64,000 bases of DNA, from positions 6,243-70,242 of the forward strand of contig CAKOOQ010000001.1 in the NCBI GenBank assembly GCA_934098555.1, in the 5' to 3' direction. The position numbers were made by a program, and so were the translations under genes. Origin of the DNA: an uncultured Bacilli bacterium (GTDB taxonomy: Bacteria; Bacillota_I; Bacilli_A; RF39; UBA660). Below the pieces are notes generated by a model. The model was not told the DNA's origin. It searched no databases and saw nothing but the letters and a program-made list of their open reading frames with translations. Shown here in pieces: positions 27,428-37,595 of this stretch. Every line of letters begins with the position of its first letter. Position 1 is the stretch's first letter.

Positions 27428-29485
27428 TTATTGGTTATTAAATTTTTTCATGATTTTTAAACTATTTAAAATAGTGAGTAAAGTAACACCTGTATCAGCA
27501 AAAACGGCAAACCACATATTGGCAAGACCAAAAACACTTAATAATAAAATACTTATTTTTACGAACATAGCAAACGTTAAATTTTGCTTAATTACTTTTT
27601 TGGTGTATTTGGATATATCAATGGCTTCGGTAATTTTAGTTAAATCATCACTCATTAAAACAATATCACTGGCTTCAATAGCACTATCGGTTCCAACACC
27701 ACCCATAGAAATACCAATGTCAGCTCTTTTTAAAACAGGTGCGTCATTTATACCATCTCCAACGAATATAGTAATTTCATTATTTTTGCTTACCCGTTCA
27801 AAACTTGCAAATTTATCAGTCGGTAACATCTCATATTTGATTTCATCCATTCCTAATTTATGGCCAATATCGAGCGCCACTTCTTTTTTATCTCCGGTAA
27901 ACATATACGTTTTAATACCAATACTTTTTAGTTTCGTAATGACAGATTTTGCTTCTTTTTTGATACCATCATCTATCATAATAGACGCTACATGTTCCCC
28001 ATCAATATTTAAATGTAAAGAAGCATAAGAAGCACAAGGACACAACTTATTATTACCAAGCAATATTTTTTTATCATTTAAAGTAAAGGATATTCCCTTG
28101 CCTGTTATTTCTTTAAAATCTTTAACATCTTGGTTATCCACTTTAATGTCTTTTAATTTTAAAATAGATTTGGCAATGGGATGATTAGAAAAAGATTCTC
28201 CCTTAATTAAGATATCAATAATTTCATCCATGGTATATTTATCTTTTACATTATCATCGGTGATAACAATTTGGGAAACTTGAAAACTGCCATTTGTAAG
28301 TGTGCCGGTTTTATCAAAAATAATATTTTTTACATTACTTAAATTATCTAGATAATTACTTCCTTTAATAAGGATACCTTTTTTACTTGCCACTCCGATG
28401 GCAGTAAAATAAGAAAGGGGTACGGAGATAGCTATCGCACATGGGCAAGAGATAACTAGGAAAGTAAGACCTCGGTAAAGACTATCTGAAAAAGAAATTT
28501 TAAAGGTAAAAGGTAAAACAAGGGTAATAACAAGGGCTAAAATCATCACAAGCGGGGTATAAATCTTACTTATTTTAGAAACAATAGTTTCTGTTTTCGT
28601 TTTTTTATCCGTTGCCTTTTCTAATAAATCTAAAATTTTAGCCACCGTTGAATTTTCATATAAGGAAGTTGCCTCTATTTCTAAAACATTCTCGGTATTA
28701 ATACTTCCTGATAAAACTTTGTCACCCAAAGAAACTTTTATTTTATCGCTTTCACCTGTTAAAGCGGAGGTATCAAGTAAACTACTACCCTTAACAATAA
28801 CCCCATCAACAGGTATTTTCTCACCTTTTTTGACTAATAATATATCTTTAAGTTTTACTTCTTCAACCGGTATTTCGATAATTTCATCATTAACTTTTTT
28901 GTTTGCAACAACGGATTTAATGTCCAATAATTCTTTAATAGATTGGCGAGAATTATGAATAGCTTTTTCTTCTAAAATTTTGCCAATCGTATATAAGAAA
29001 ATGACCATCATACCTTCTAAGATGTTACCTGTAAATAAGGCCCCAAGGCAGGAAATACTTATTAAAGCGTTCTCATTAATACCTTGTCCTTTGATTAACA
29101 TTTTAATGGCATTAAAAGTAGTTTTATAAAGTAAAAGCGTATAACTTATGATATAGAAAATTATTTTTATAAAGTTTGGTAAAGGACATAGATAAGAAAT
29201 AAAGCCTAAAAGAATAGCCATTAGTAAAATACTTAAATGATATTCCTTTTTCTCTACTACTACTTCTTCTGTTAAAAAAGCATCTGGCTCTACTTTTTTA
29301 ATTAATTCATTTAGTTCTTCTAAACGATAATTTTTTTTAGACTCAAAAGATACTTTACAAGTATTAAAATTAACCGAAGCATTATTAAAATTTTCATTTT
29401 TATTTAACATTTCTTCGATTTCCCTGGCACAATTAGCACAATCTAAGTTGTTAATATGATATTTATATTTTCCCATTTTATTCAT
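27428..29485 (-). CDS. cadA: Cd/Zn/Co-type heavy-metal P1B-ATPase
   Basis: The protein carries an HMA motif (LDCANCAREIEE), a CPC transmembrane metal site (SCPCAIAISVP), DKTGTLT and GDGINDAP. Confidence 0.8.
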   Translation of the reverse strand: MNKMGKYKYHINNLDCANCAREIEEMLNKNENFNNASVNFNTCKVSFESKKNYRLEELNELIKKVEPDAFLTEEVVVEKKEYHLSILLMAILLGFISYLCPLPNFIKIIFYIISYTLLLYKTTFNAIKMLIKGQGINENALISISCLGALFTGNILEGMMVIFLYTIGKILEEKAIHNSRQSIKELLDIKSVVANKKVNDEIIEIPVEEVKLKDILLVKKGEKIPVDGVIVKGSSLLDTSALTGESDKIKVSLGDKVLSGSINTENVLEIEATSLYENSTVAKILDLLEKATDKKTKTETIVSKISKIYTPLVMILALVITLVLPFTFKISFSDSLYRGLTFLVISCPCAIAISVPLSYFTAIGVASKKGILIKGSNYLDNLSNVKNIIFDKTGTLTNGSFQVSQIVITDDNVKDKYTMDEIIDILIKGESFSNHPIAKSILKLKDIKVDNQDVKDFKEITGKGISFTLNDKKILLGNNKLCPCASYASLHLNIDGEHVASIMIDDGIKKEAKSVITKLKSIGIKTYMFTGDKKEVALDIGHKLGMDEIKYEMLPTDKFASFERVSKNNEITIFVGDGINDAPVLKRADIGISMGGVGTDSAIEASDIVLMSDDLTKITEAIDISKYTKKVIKQNLTFAMFVKISILLLSVFGLANMWFAVFADTGVTLLTILNSLKIMKKFNNQ

Positions 29486-29924
29486 TTTCCTTTCTGTGTA
29501 ATATATGCTCTAAACCTATTTCATAGAGTTTTTTAATATGTTCATCATCTAAAGTGTAATATACTTCTTTACCTTCTTTTCTTGATTGAACAATGCCATT
29601 TTCTCTTAAAATAGCCAGTTGATGAGAAATAGATGATTTAGTCATATTAAGAGCATTAGCAATATCACACACACACATTTCATGATTATCTAAAGCCCAT
29701 AAAATATTAATTCTTGTCTTTTCGCCTAATATTTTAAAAAGAACCGATAAACTTTCTAACTCCTCTTTTTGCGGTTTATTTTGTAAAGCAACTAAAACGG
29801 CTTCTTTATGAATAACATGACAATCACAAGATTGATTGAAAAATTTCTTTTCTTTTGCCATAGTACGCCTCCTTTGGTTGAATACTCTTTCAACTAAATT
29901 CATTATAGTTGAATATTCATTCAA
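29478..29924 (-). CDS. cadC: ArsR/SmtB-family metalloregulator, CadC-like
   Basis: N-terminal Cys residues (SCDCH) and the alpha-4 site CVCDIANALNMTKSSISHQLAILRENG are present. The gene overlaps the cadA start by 8 nt. Confidence 0.7.
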   Translation of the reverse strand: MNEYSTIMNLVERVFNQRRRTMAKEKKFFNQSCDCHVIHKEAVLVALQNKPQKEELESLSVLFKILGEKTRINILWALDNHEMCVCDIANALNMTKSSISHQLAILRENGIVQSRKEGKEVYYTLDDEHIKKLYEIGLEHILHRKENE

Positions 29925-29932
29925 TTGTCAAG
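29899..29932 (-). promoter_or_regulatory. cadC promoter (TTGACA, 18-nt spacer, TATAAT) with nested palindromes typical of an ArsR/SmtB operator
   Basis: The minus strand reads cTTGACAattgaatgaatattcaacTATAATgaa. TTGAAT-n4-ATTCAA (29909-29924) and TTCAACT-n11-AGTTGAA (29888-29912) overlap the -10 element. Confidence 0.45.
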
Positions 29933-29982
29933 TGTATCTTTAATATACTATGCCCAAAAGAAAAGATAAGACTTTTTTCATC

Positions 29983-32900
29983 TTATCTTCTAAATAAATT
30001 AACAAATTTTGTCCAAAAGCTTTCTTTTTTTGTTTCTGTTTGAGTATTTTCTTCTTCTTTAGGGACTTTTACACCATCTAACACTTGGATAAATTTAGTA
30101 CTAGCTGCCGTATCATCTTTTTTCATCGTAAATATTTGATAATTTTCACTTAACTCTACTAAAGCCTCTACTTTATTTGTGACTACTTTTGCATCATTTG
30201 TATAAGAACTTAAAGTGTTTATTCCTTCTTTATTAAAGGTTTTAATTCCTGAATCAAGAGTTGTCATACCTTCTTTTAAAGTAGTTGTACCAGCTGATAA
30301 TTCTTTCATTTTACTATTTAATACACTAACACCTTCTGTTAATAAAGAGGTTCCATCTTTTAAGGTATCCGCACCAGTTGAAGCTTCTTTTAAAGCTGCT
30401 GTTAATGTTGTTAGCATATCATTAATCTTCTTCGTAGTCGCATTCATTGTTTGTAAGGTAGATGATAAAGCTTCGTTATTTGTTGTTAAAAGAGTTATTA
30501 AATTTTCATTATTACTATAAGTATTTTCATATTGATATTTTAGATTATAAAGTTCTAAATTTGTCTTAGCAAGAGTTTCATATGTCATATCTTTTAAACC
30601 ATAAGTTTCGTAAGCTTCTTTTAATTTTTGATTGCCAGCGGTTAGATTTTCGATAGTTTTCGTATTTGTTGCCATTAAAGTTTTGATTTGATTTACTTTC
30701 TCTTGCGTTTCTTTACTCGTTAAAGAACCACTCGCTTTTTTTAATTCGGCTAAAATTTGTTTTAAACCATCACTGACATCCGCGGTACCATTTTTAATTT
30801 GTTCTAACTTATTTAAAACATTATTTAAGTTTTCACTAATTAAAGAAGCTCCACCAGAAACGGTATTTAAACCACTTAAAACATTTTTAGATCCATCTTC
30901 AATTTGATTCATACTGGCTTGTAGGGTATCAACACTTTTATAAAGTCCTTTTAATTCATCAAAAACACTTAAATCATCACTATCAAGTAATTTAGGCGTA
31001 ATTACAGAATAAATACTAGCAAGTTCAAATTTCTCGGTTTCAAAAGAAAGTTTTACCGTATCTAAATCTTTAAAGGTATCCATATTTAAACTTTCATATA
31101 GACCAGGTGAAGATAAACCAACTACAATACTTTTTGTTCCATTGTTAATCACTTTACCATTCGTAATTTTAATATTTGTATTTTCAGTATTAGATAAAAT
31201 TGTCGCGGTAGTAACAACAAATGGCGTATATAAAGTGGTATTTGTTCCGTTTACATTGACAAGTTTTTTATCATTATTTTGATACTTAATCGTAATTTCT
31301 ACTTTGCCTTTTTTACCAATTAAATCTTTAAGAGAAATATCCTTTCCATCTAAAGTATACGTAATATTTTGAGAAACCGGAATTTGTTTATTTAAAGAAC
31401 CTTGATAAAAGATATCTTTGCCACCGGCATTCCAAGTTAATAATTCGGCATTACGCGTATAAGGAATATTACTATTTATATTGATAATATTTTCAAGATT
31501 AGAATAATCCTCAATAGTTTCTAATTTATCTTCATTGATTAAATGATTCGTCACAAAAGTAGATTTTACAGAGCCATCGGTATTTAATTTTGTATAAACG
31601 GTTTCTTCTTTTTGAAGAGCAAAAACATTATATGGTAAAACTAAACTGAATACTAAAAGGGCTGTTGCTAATTTCTTTTCCTTTTTTTTCATACTTTTTC
31701 CTCTTTTCTTTAAAATTGTTGTTTTCATAATAATAGAATCAAATATAAGTAAAATAGATGGTAAAACCGTTAAAACAACAAGCATACTTATAATAGCTCC
31801 CCTAGAAATAAGGGTACATAAAGAACCTACCATCTCAAGTTCTGAGTAGACACCAACCCCAAAGGTAGCCGCAAAGAAACACATACCACTTACAAAAATG
31901 GAATTGGCACAATAATTCATTGATTCTTTCATAGCATCTTTTTTATCTTTGCCATCATTTCTTTCCTTTAAATAGTTTGTTGTAAGTAAAATAGCATAGT
32001 CAATCGTTGCCCCAAGTTGGATAGTTCCAAGAACAATTGGAGCCACAAATGGTAAAACAACACCGCCAAAATATGAAACAGACATATTAAGGAAAATAGC
32101 AAATTCTATAGCTAGAATAAGTAAAATGGGTAAAGATAAAGATTTTAAAACGAACATCATAATGATTAAAATACAAACAATAGAAGAAGTATTCACATTT
32201 TTAAAGTCTTGATCACTAGTTAAAACAAGATCTTTCATTAAGGGTCCTTCGCCAGCTAAAATACCATTTTCATCATATTTTTTAATAATAGTATTAATTT
32301 CCTTTACTTGGTTATTTAATTCATCAGTAGCAATATCATAAGTAGAGTTTAAAAATAACATTTGATAGTTATCACTTTCAAAAACTTTAACCATATCTTC
32401 TGGTAACATATTTTCTGTTAAACCATATTCTTTTAATTTAGCAAATGATAGCACAAAATCGACACCCGAAATATTTGTAATTTCACTCGTCATCTTGCTG
32501 ATATCATCGGCTTTCATATCTTTATCCACCAAGATAATTTCCGGGGAAACGATATTGAATTTTTCTTTTAATTCGGTATTAGCCACAATACTTTCCAAAG
32601 TATCGGGCAAACTTTTATCAATTTTGTAATAAACTCCTACATTGTTATTAGCTAAGTAAGCAGGCACAAGAAGTAAGACAAAAAGGATAAAAATAATAAC
32701 ATGATGTTTTACAACAAAGGCATTAAATTTTTCAAAATGAATGGTAACTGGTTTATGTTTTGTCTTTGTAATAAGTTTATCAAAAGTAAGTAATAAACTA
32801 GGAAAGACCGTTAAAACACAAATAACTCCAAGTAAAACACCTTTAGCCATAACAAGACCTAAATCTTTTCCTAAAGTTAGGCTCATCGTACATAAAACTA

Positions 32901-33777
32901 AGAAACCGGCAATGGTTGTTAAACTACTACCTGTCACGGAAGAAAATGTTTCCATGATGGCTTCGACCATAGCTTCCTTGTTTTTTAAGCCCTTTTCTTT
33001 TTGATGTTCATAAGCGTGATACAAAAATATGGAAAAGTCTGTAGTAACACCAAGTTGTAAAACAGCGACTAACGCTTTTGTAATATAGGAAATATTACCA
33101 AAAATAATATTACTTCCTAAATTAAATAAAATAGCAATACCAATATTACCAAGTAGTAACACCGGTACAAAATAAGAATCCAAAGATAGTTCAAGAACAA
33201 CAAGACATAAAATAACGGCAATACAAATATAAACGAAGATTTCTTTATCGGATAAATTCATGGTATCCAAAACCATAGCACTCATACCGCCTATTCTAAC
33301 TTTGTCTTTCGCAATCTCTTTCATTTGTGAAATAGCTTCTAATGTTTTCGTAGAAGATGTTGATTCTTCAAAGGTTACAAAAAATAAATCTGTATTATCT
33401 TGATGTAATTTTTCTGTTATTTCACTAGGTAACATATCCATAGGAATGGTCGTTCCTAAAAGGTCATAGGCACTAATTACTTTATTAACACCATCAATAT
33501 TTTCAAACTCTTTTTCTAAGTTAAGTAAGGCTTGACCCGATAGGTTTTCTGAAATCACTACGGAATAAGCTCCCATGCCAAATTCATCTGTTAAAATATC
33601 CTGACCCTGTACGGTTTCTATTTCTTGTGGTAAATAAACAAGGATATCATAATTAATACCCGTAAGTTTCATGCCAACAAAGGCAAAGACCATAAGAATT
33701 AAAGAAACAAGAAGAATGCCCGTTTTATGTTCACAAATTTTTTCAGCAAATTTTTTCATAATATTAACTCCCTTCAC
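29983..33777 (-). CDS. MMPL/RND-superfamily transporter fused to an exported YhgE/Pip-like coiled-coil extension of about 550 aa
   Basis: The first 700 aa have a 12-TM MMPL layout with two large extracytoplasmic loops. At about aa 703 comes SMKKKEKKLATALLVFSLVLPYNVFA, which is signal-peptide-like. It is followed by repeats of the type LNSKMKELSAGTTTLKEGMTTLDSGIKTF. There is no stop between the two parts. Confidence 0.6.
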   Translation of the reverse strand: MKGVNIMKKFAEKICEHKTGILLVSLILMVFAFVGMKLTGINYDILVYLPQEIETVQGQDILTDEFGMGAYSVVISENLSGQALLNLEKEFENIDGVNKVISAYDLLGTTIPMDMLPSEITEKLHQDNTDLFFVTFEESTSSTKTLEAISQMKEIAKDKVRIGGMSAMVLDTMNLSDKEIFVYICIAVILCLVVLELSLDSYFVPVLLLGNIGIAILFNLGSNIIFGNISYITKALVAVLQLGVTTDFSIFLYHAYEHQKEKGLKNKEAMVEAIMETFSSVTGSSLTTIAGFLVLCTMSLTLGKDLGLVMAKGVLLGVICVLTVFPSLLLTFDKLITKTKHKPVTIHFEKFNAFVVKHHVIIFILFVLLLVPAYLANNNVGVYYKIDKSLPDTLESIVANTELKEKFNIVSPEIILVDKDMKADDISKMTSEITNISGVDFVLSFAKLKEYGLTENMLPEDMVKVFESDNYQMLFLNSTYDIATDELNNQVKEINTIIKKYDENGILAGEGPLMKDLVLTSDQDFKNVNTSSIVCILIIMMFVLKSLSLPILLILAIEFAIFLNMSVSYFGGVVLPFVAPIVLGTIQLGATIDYAILLTTNYLKERNDGKDKKDAMKESMNYCANSIFVSGMCFFAATFGVGVYSELEMVGSLCTLISRGAIISMLVVLTVLPSILLIFDSIIMKTTILKKRGKSMKKKEKKLATALLVFSLVLPYNVFALQKEETVYTKLNTDGSVKSTFVTNHLINEDKLETIEDYSNLENIININSNIPYTRNAELLTWNAGGKDIFYQGSLNKQIPVSQNITYTLDGKDISLKDLIGKKGKVEITIKYQNNDKKLVNVNGTNTTLYTPFVVTTATILSNTENTNIKITNGKVINNGTKSIVVGLSSPGLYESLNMDTFKDLDTVKLSFETEKFELASIYSVITPKLLDSDDLSVFDELKGLYKSVDTLQASMNQIEDGSKNVLSGLNTVSGGASLISENLNNVLNKLEQIKNGTADVSDGLKQILAELKKASGSLTSKETQEKVNQIKTLMATNTKTIENLTAGNQKLKEAYETYGLKDMTYETLAKTNLELYNLKYQYENTYSNNENLITLLTTNNEALSSTLQTMNATTKKINDMLTTLTAALKEASTGADTLKDGTSLLTEGVSVLNSKMKELSAGTTTLKEGMTTLDSGIKTFNKEGINTLSSYTNDAKVVTNKVEALVELSENYQIFTMKKDDTAASTKFIQVLDGVKVPKEEENTQTETKKESFWTKFVNLFRR

Positions 33778-33872
33778 GCTTAACTATTTTATTCTTCTTC
33801 TTTTCTTTTTTCACCAACATAAGTTTATAGTTGTATGATATCCAACACTTTGTTTGAAATGTATGTATATTT

Positions 33873-33893
33873 AAACTACATTATGTTCTTTAT
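33873..33893. promoter_or_regulatory. Candidate TetR operator palindrome in the divergent tetR/MMPL intergenic region
   Basis: The palindrome ATGTAtatttaaacTACAT (5-9-5, with an inner TTTAAA) lies between the divergent genes. Confidence 0.3.
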
Positions 33894-33940
33894 CTTTACA
33901 AATGTTTATTTTTAAGTATAATGATTCATGAGGTGATTAC

Positions 33941-34510
33941 ATGAATAAAAATGATTTACGTGTCATTAAGACCAAAAATGCTTTATTTGAGACACTTACC
34001 AATCTTATGAAAGAAAAAACTTTTGAAGAAATTAAAGTTTCGGATATTTGTAATAAAGCTTTGATTAACCGTTCTACTTTTTATGCTCATTATAGTGATA
34101 AATACGAACTTTTAGCAGATGCCATTCAAAGTTTAAAAAATTCTCTTATAAGTGAATTAAAAGCTAATAACAATATTTCCAATACCAAAGAATATTATCT
34201 CAATCTCATTTCTATTTTTTTGAATCATATAGAAAATAAAAAGGATATTTATTTATCTATTATGATTAATAATCGTAATAGTATCATGGTAGATATTATT
34301 TATGATGTTTTAGATCACGATGTAAATAGGCGTTTAAAAGAATTAGAAAAAAAAGATACTCAAAAAGTACCTGCAAATATTTTGGCTAAATTTTACATTG
34401 GAGCCGTTTTCAATGTGGCCCTAGAATTTTTAAAAAAAGACAGTCCTTATACAAAGGAAGATATCCTTAACTATTTAGACTATCTCATTCCCAATAATAT
34501 TGATATGTAA
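33941..34510 (+). CDS. TetR/AcrR-family transcriptional regulator
   Basis: The N-terminal HTH region EEIKVSDICNKALINRSTFYAHYSDKYELL matches the TetR_N pattern. It is divergent from the MMPL gene. Confidence 0.6.
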   Translation: MNKNDLRVIKTKNALFETLTNLMKEKTFEEIKVSDICNKALINRSTFYAHYSDKYELLADAIQSLKNSLISELKANNNISNTKEYYLNLISIFLNHIENKKDIYLSIMINNRNSIMVDIIYDVLDHDVNRRLKELEKKDTQKVPANILAKFYIGAVFNVALEFLKKDSPYTKEDILNYLDYLIPNNIDM

Positions 34511-34596
34511 AAAAAAACAATTTCTATTACTTTAATATAGATATTGTTTTTTTATACCATTATAAAAAGAACCTGTCAAAGATTCTTTTCATTATT

Positions 34597-35460
34597 TTAT
34601 TCATTTTTTAAGGCCAAGATTTCCTTTTCACTTAAGGCGGTTGCCAGCATTATTTTTTCGATTGGAACTTCAAGTTTTAGGAATTCTTTCGCAATAGAGG
34701 TTTGAGCATTATTGTATCCTTCCGTTTTACCTTTACTATATCCTTTGTTGTAACAAGCATTTAAAAACATTTTGTCTCGGTCATAATAAAGCATGGCATC
34801 TTTAATAAGACTGTTTTTTTCTTCGATTAATTTATCACCCTTATAAACTTTGTCTAATCTTTCTTTATCATCACAGATAAAGATGTATAACGCTTTCTCA
34901 AGCAAATTTTCGCTGTTCATGAAAGTATTATAATCGATTTGTCGTAATTTTTCTCGATTGATATCGATAATTTCTACTAAATCACTTCGTTTCATGTGAT
35001 ATTTCATATCTTGTAAGATTCTACGATAGAGAAAGTCTCCTTGGCCTAAAGTATCATAACTGTTTAAGTTAATCTGATAAATTTTTTGAACACTGTTATA
35101 TTCTTGGGACGTCTTTACTTGTCTTAAAAGTAACTAACAAAAATACATCTCGTTTTTAACAAAACTATCGGCGGTATTATAGTAGTTAATTTCTAAGTTA
35201 ACATAGAACTCATCTTCTTCTAACACAATATCAGCTTCGGAATTAATCATATTAATATTAGGATAAATAAGTTTAATGTCTTTAGAGATATCCTCCTTGC
35301 AATACCGATGACTAAACTGACAACCTGCCTTAAATAGAACAGTCCCGCTTTTTTTCTGTAAATAGTCTTTTGCTACCTTATCCTTAAGCAAAGGAAATTT
35401 GATTTTTGGTTTTGTTTTTATGCCAGCTAACATCTATGGTGGTTTCAGTTGATGTTTTTT
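34597..35460 (-). pseudogene. Rpn-family nuclease copy 2, disrupted; the N- and C-terminal ORFs are separated by a 126-nt out-of-frame stretch
   Basis: ORF 35134..35433 carries KIKFPLLKDKVAKDYL...ADIVLEEDEFYVNLEINYYN. ORF 34597..35007 carries IEIIDIN...YYDRDKMFLNACYNKGY...LEVPIEKIMLATALSEKEILALKNE. Both are collinear with copy 1, and there is an internal frameshift in the N-terminal part. Confidence 0.55.
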
Positions 35461-35544
35461 TCGAAAAAACGGTCCTTATTCTACATATTAAAAATTCATT
35501 TGCACCTGATTCAACAAAACCTGTCAAAAAAAGACTTTTAGCTT

Positions 35545-36282
35545 TTAACTAAAAATCTTTGGTAAAACATAACAAACTATAAATAGTGTTACAGCATAAG
35601 CACTCGTGAAGGTGTAGGCCATTTTATTTTTATCTACTTTTGTAAGTTCTGAGAAACCATGAAATAGATTAATTAAATAAAAAAGACTTCCTAAACTTAA
35701 AACAATTAAGCATAACCATATATTAACATATATAAAAATTAAAGCAAGCAAAGTTGTGGCCGTCGTAATCGTAGCCGCACAGCCAATTAAGGAATAGGTC
35801 TTCTTTAAATCAGATTCTTTTTTCATAATTGTTGTCGAAATAAAATGAATAAAACCTCCTAGTAAGAAATGGTAAACAACCATCATTAACGTGGAAATGA
35901 AAAAGATTTTAATCGGAATTTCCACATTTTTAGTAACATTACCAAATAAAGAAGATTTGCCATAAATCATAGTGTAAACACCATTCATACCTTCTTTAGC
36001 AAATAAGAAAATAAAGAGGCCAAAAATTATAGCATTTAATAAAATCATAATAAGCCCTAAATTAAATTTACTTCTTTTAGCATAATCTTTCATAGTATCT
36101 AAAGGTTTAGTAAACATTCCTTTTAAAACCTCTAAATAATCATTTACCATTGTATTATTCGTCACAACAATCTTTTCTTTTACTTCCTTAGTCTCGCATT
36201 CACATGCCTTGCCTTCTTCTAATTTTTTTCCACATTTTGTACAAAATTTTGCCATTTTATCTTTTTCCTTTCTTTTTACCAT
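35545..36282 (-). CDS. Zinc-ribbon-domain membrane protein (Yip1/DUF-type multi-TM)
   Basis: An N-terminal FCTKCGKKLEEGKACEC zinc ribbon is followed by about 5 TM helices. Confidence 0.4.
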   Translation of the reverse strand: MVKRKEKDKMAKFCTKCGKKLEEGKACECETKEVKEKIVVTNNTMVNDYLEVLKGMFTKPLDTMKDYAKRSKFNLGLIMILLNAIIFGLFIFLFAKEGMNGVYTMIYGKSSLFGNVTKNVEIPIKIFFISTLMMVVYHFLLGGFIHFISTTIMKKESDLKKTYSLIGCAATITTATTLLALIFIYVNIWLCLIVLSLGSLFYLINLFHGFSELTKVDKNKMAYTFTSAYAVTLFIVCYVLPKIFS

Positions 36283-37523
36283 GTACTAAAATGATTAACC
36301 ATGTTATAAACTTCATTTAGTTTATAGGCATTATCATAATAATCATAAGTTAGAGTTGAAGTGTAAGAACTTTGTCCCTCTTTTTCTTTTTGATCACCCA
36401 TGAAACTTTTATAATTAACCATATAGTCATAGTTATATTTAGTGGTGATAACAAGTTTGCCTTCATCACTTAATTTCACATTAGATAAGGTTACACTTGT
36501 TACATCAAATTTCTTTAAAGTTAATTCTTCGTTAGTTAAAGCAGTATATAAATCCATATAGTCTTCTTCTAAAGCAGAAAGATTCACATTATTATAAATA
36601 TAATTTTCTTTAATACTATCCCAATTTTTCTTGTCAATAATATTTTCATAAAGGTTTGAAATATCTTTTTTTACTTCTTCTTTTAAAGTGGTTACCATGT
36701 CATCCGTTAAGTTATTTAAAGAAACCTGAACCTCATATTGATTACTATAATTTGTTAGAGTTTTATCATCTTCTATAACCATTTGATTGGGTAAAGTTGT
36801 TTTAATATGAATCATTGAAACAAATAAATTTGGAATAACATAAACATCTAAGCCTTCCTCATAAGAATCACTTTCCATAAATTTAGGGTCAGCATCAATG
36901 CCATTGATATTTAATTTACTATTTTTAGGCACCTTTATTTCAAAATCCTTTAAAATTTCAACACCTGTAATGGAATAACCGTTGTTGGTCAAACTTTCTA
37001 CTTTCCAATCGTCAAAGAAGAAATATTTCTTTTTATCACTTTTATTTAAAGTAGCTAAAAGAGTTTTCTCATCACCATTTTCTTTTTTTACATTAACTCT
37101 TACAGTCGCAGTTTTATTATCGTCACTGTAAATAACATTTTCTAAATCATAACTTTTAATATCCTTAAAGCTATTTTCTTCTTCGTTATAAACTTTCTTA
37201 AATTCTTCTAAGGTTGTAAAAGTGGTATCCCCGTCGATACTTAAAGAATTATAAATATCTTCTAAACTATTTTTCTTTAAAGAAGCCATATATTTATCCG
37301 TAATACCAGACGGACCAAGGATAAAACACGTATACTTATAGGCTCCCAAAAAGACACATAAAAGCACAATAAAAATAATTAAGGCAGTCTTTTTTTCTTT
37401 AGTCATCGGTTGCCTTACTTTTTGGGGAGCTTCCTTCGTTTTTTTTAAGTCTACTTTCGTACCACACTCACCACAAAAAAAGGCATCTTTTTTTATTTTT
37501 GCACCACATTCACTGCAATACAT
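36276..37523 (-). CDS. Zinc-ribbon / single-TM protein with a large extracytoplasmic domain
   Basis: An N-terminal MYCSECGAKIKKDAFFCGECGTKV zinc ribbon and one TM helix are followed by a roughly 330-aa exported domain. The gene overlaps the next gene by 7 nt. Confidence 0.4.
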   Translation of the reverse strand: MYCSECGAKIKKDAFFCGECGTKVDLKKTKEAPQKVRQPMTKEKKTALIIFIVLLCVFLGAYKYTCFILGPSGITDKYMASLKKNSLEDIYNSLSIDGDTTFTTLEEFKKVYNEEENSFKDIKSYDLENVIYSDDNKTATVRVNVKKENGDEKTLLATLNKSDKKKYFFFDDWKVESLTNNGYSITGVEILKDFEIKVPKNSKLNINGIDADPKFMESDSYEEGLDVYVIPNLFVSMIHIKTTLPNQMVIEDDKTLTNYSNQYEVQVSLNNLTDDMVTTLKEEVKKDISNLYENIIDKKNWDSIKENYIYNNVNLSALEEDYMDLYTALTNEELTLKKFDVTSVTLSNVKLSDEGKLVITTKYNYDYMVNYKSFMGDQKEKEGQSSYTSTLTYDYYDNAYKLNEVYNMVNHFSTW

Positions 37524-37595
37524 CCTTTCTCGTCACTCCTTTTCTATATTATAATTATAAGTGATTGAAAAAAAAATAACAATAAAAAAGTGAAC

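Noticed and set aside
27450-28958. Plus-strand ORFs (192 aa and 79 aa) within cadA
   Set aside because: They are antisense to a P-type ATPase that has all catalytic motifs. Their translations are low-complexity.
30215-33004. Plus-strand ORFs 30215..30520 and 32741..33004
   Set aside because: They are antisense to the MMPL gene, with no support.
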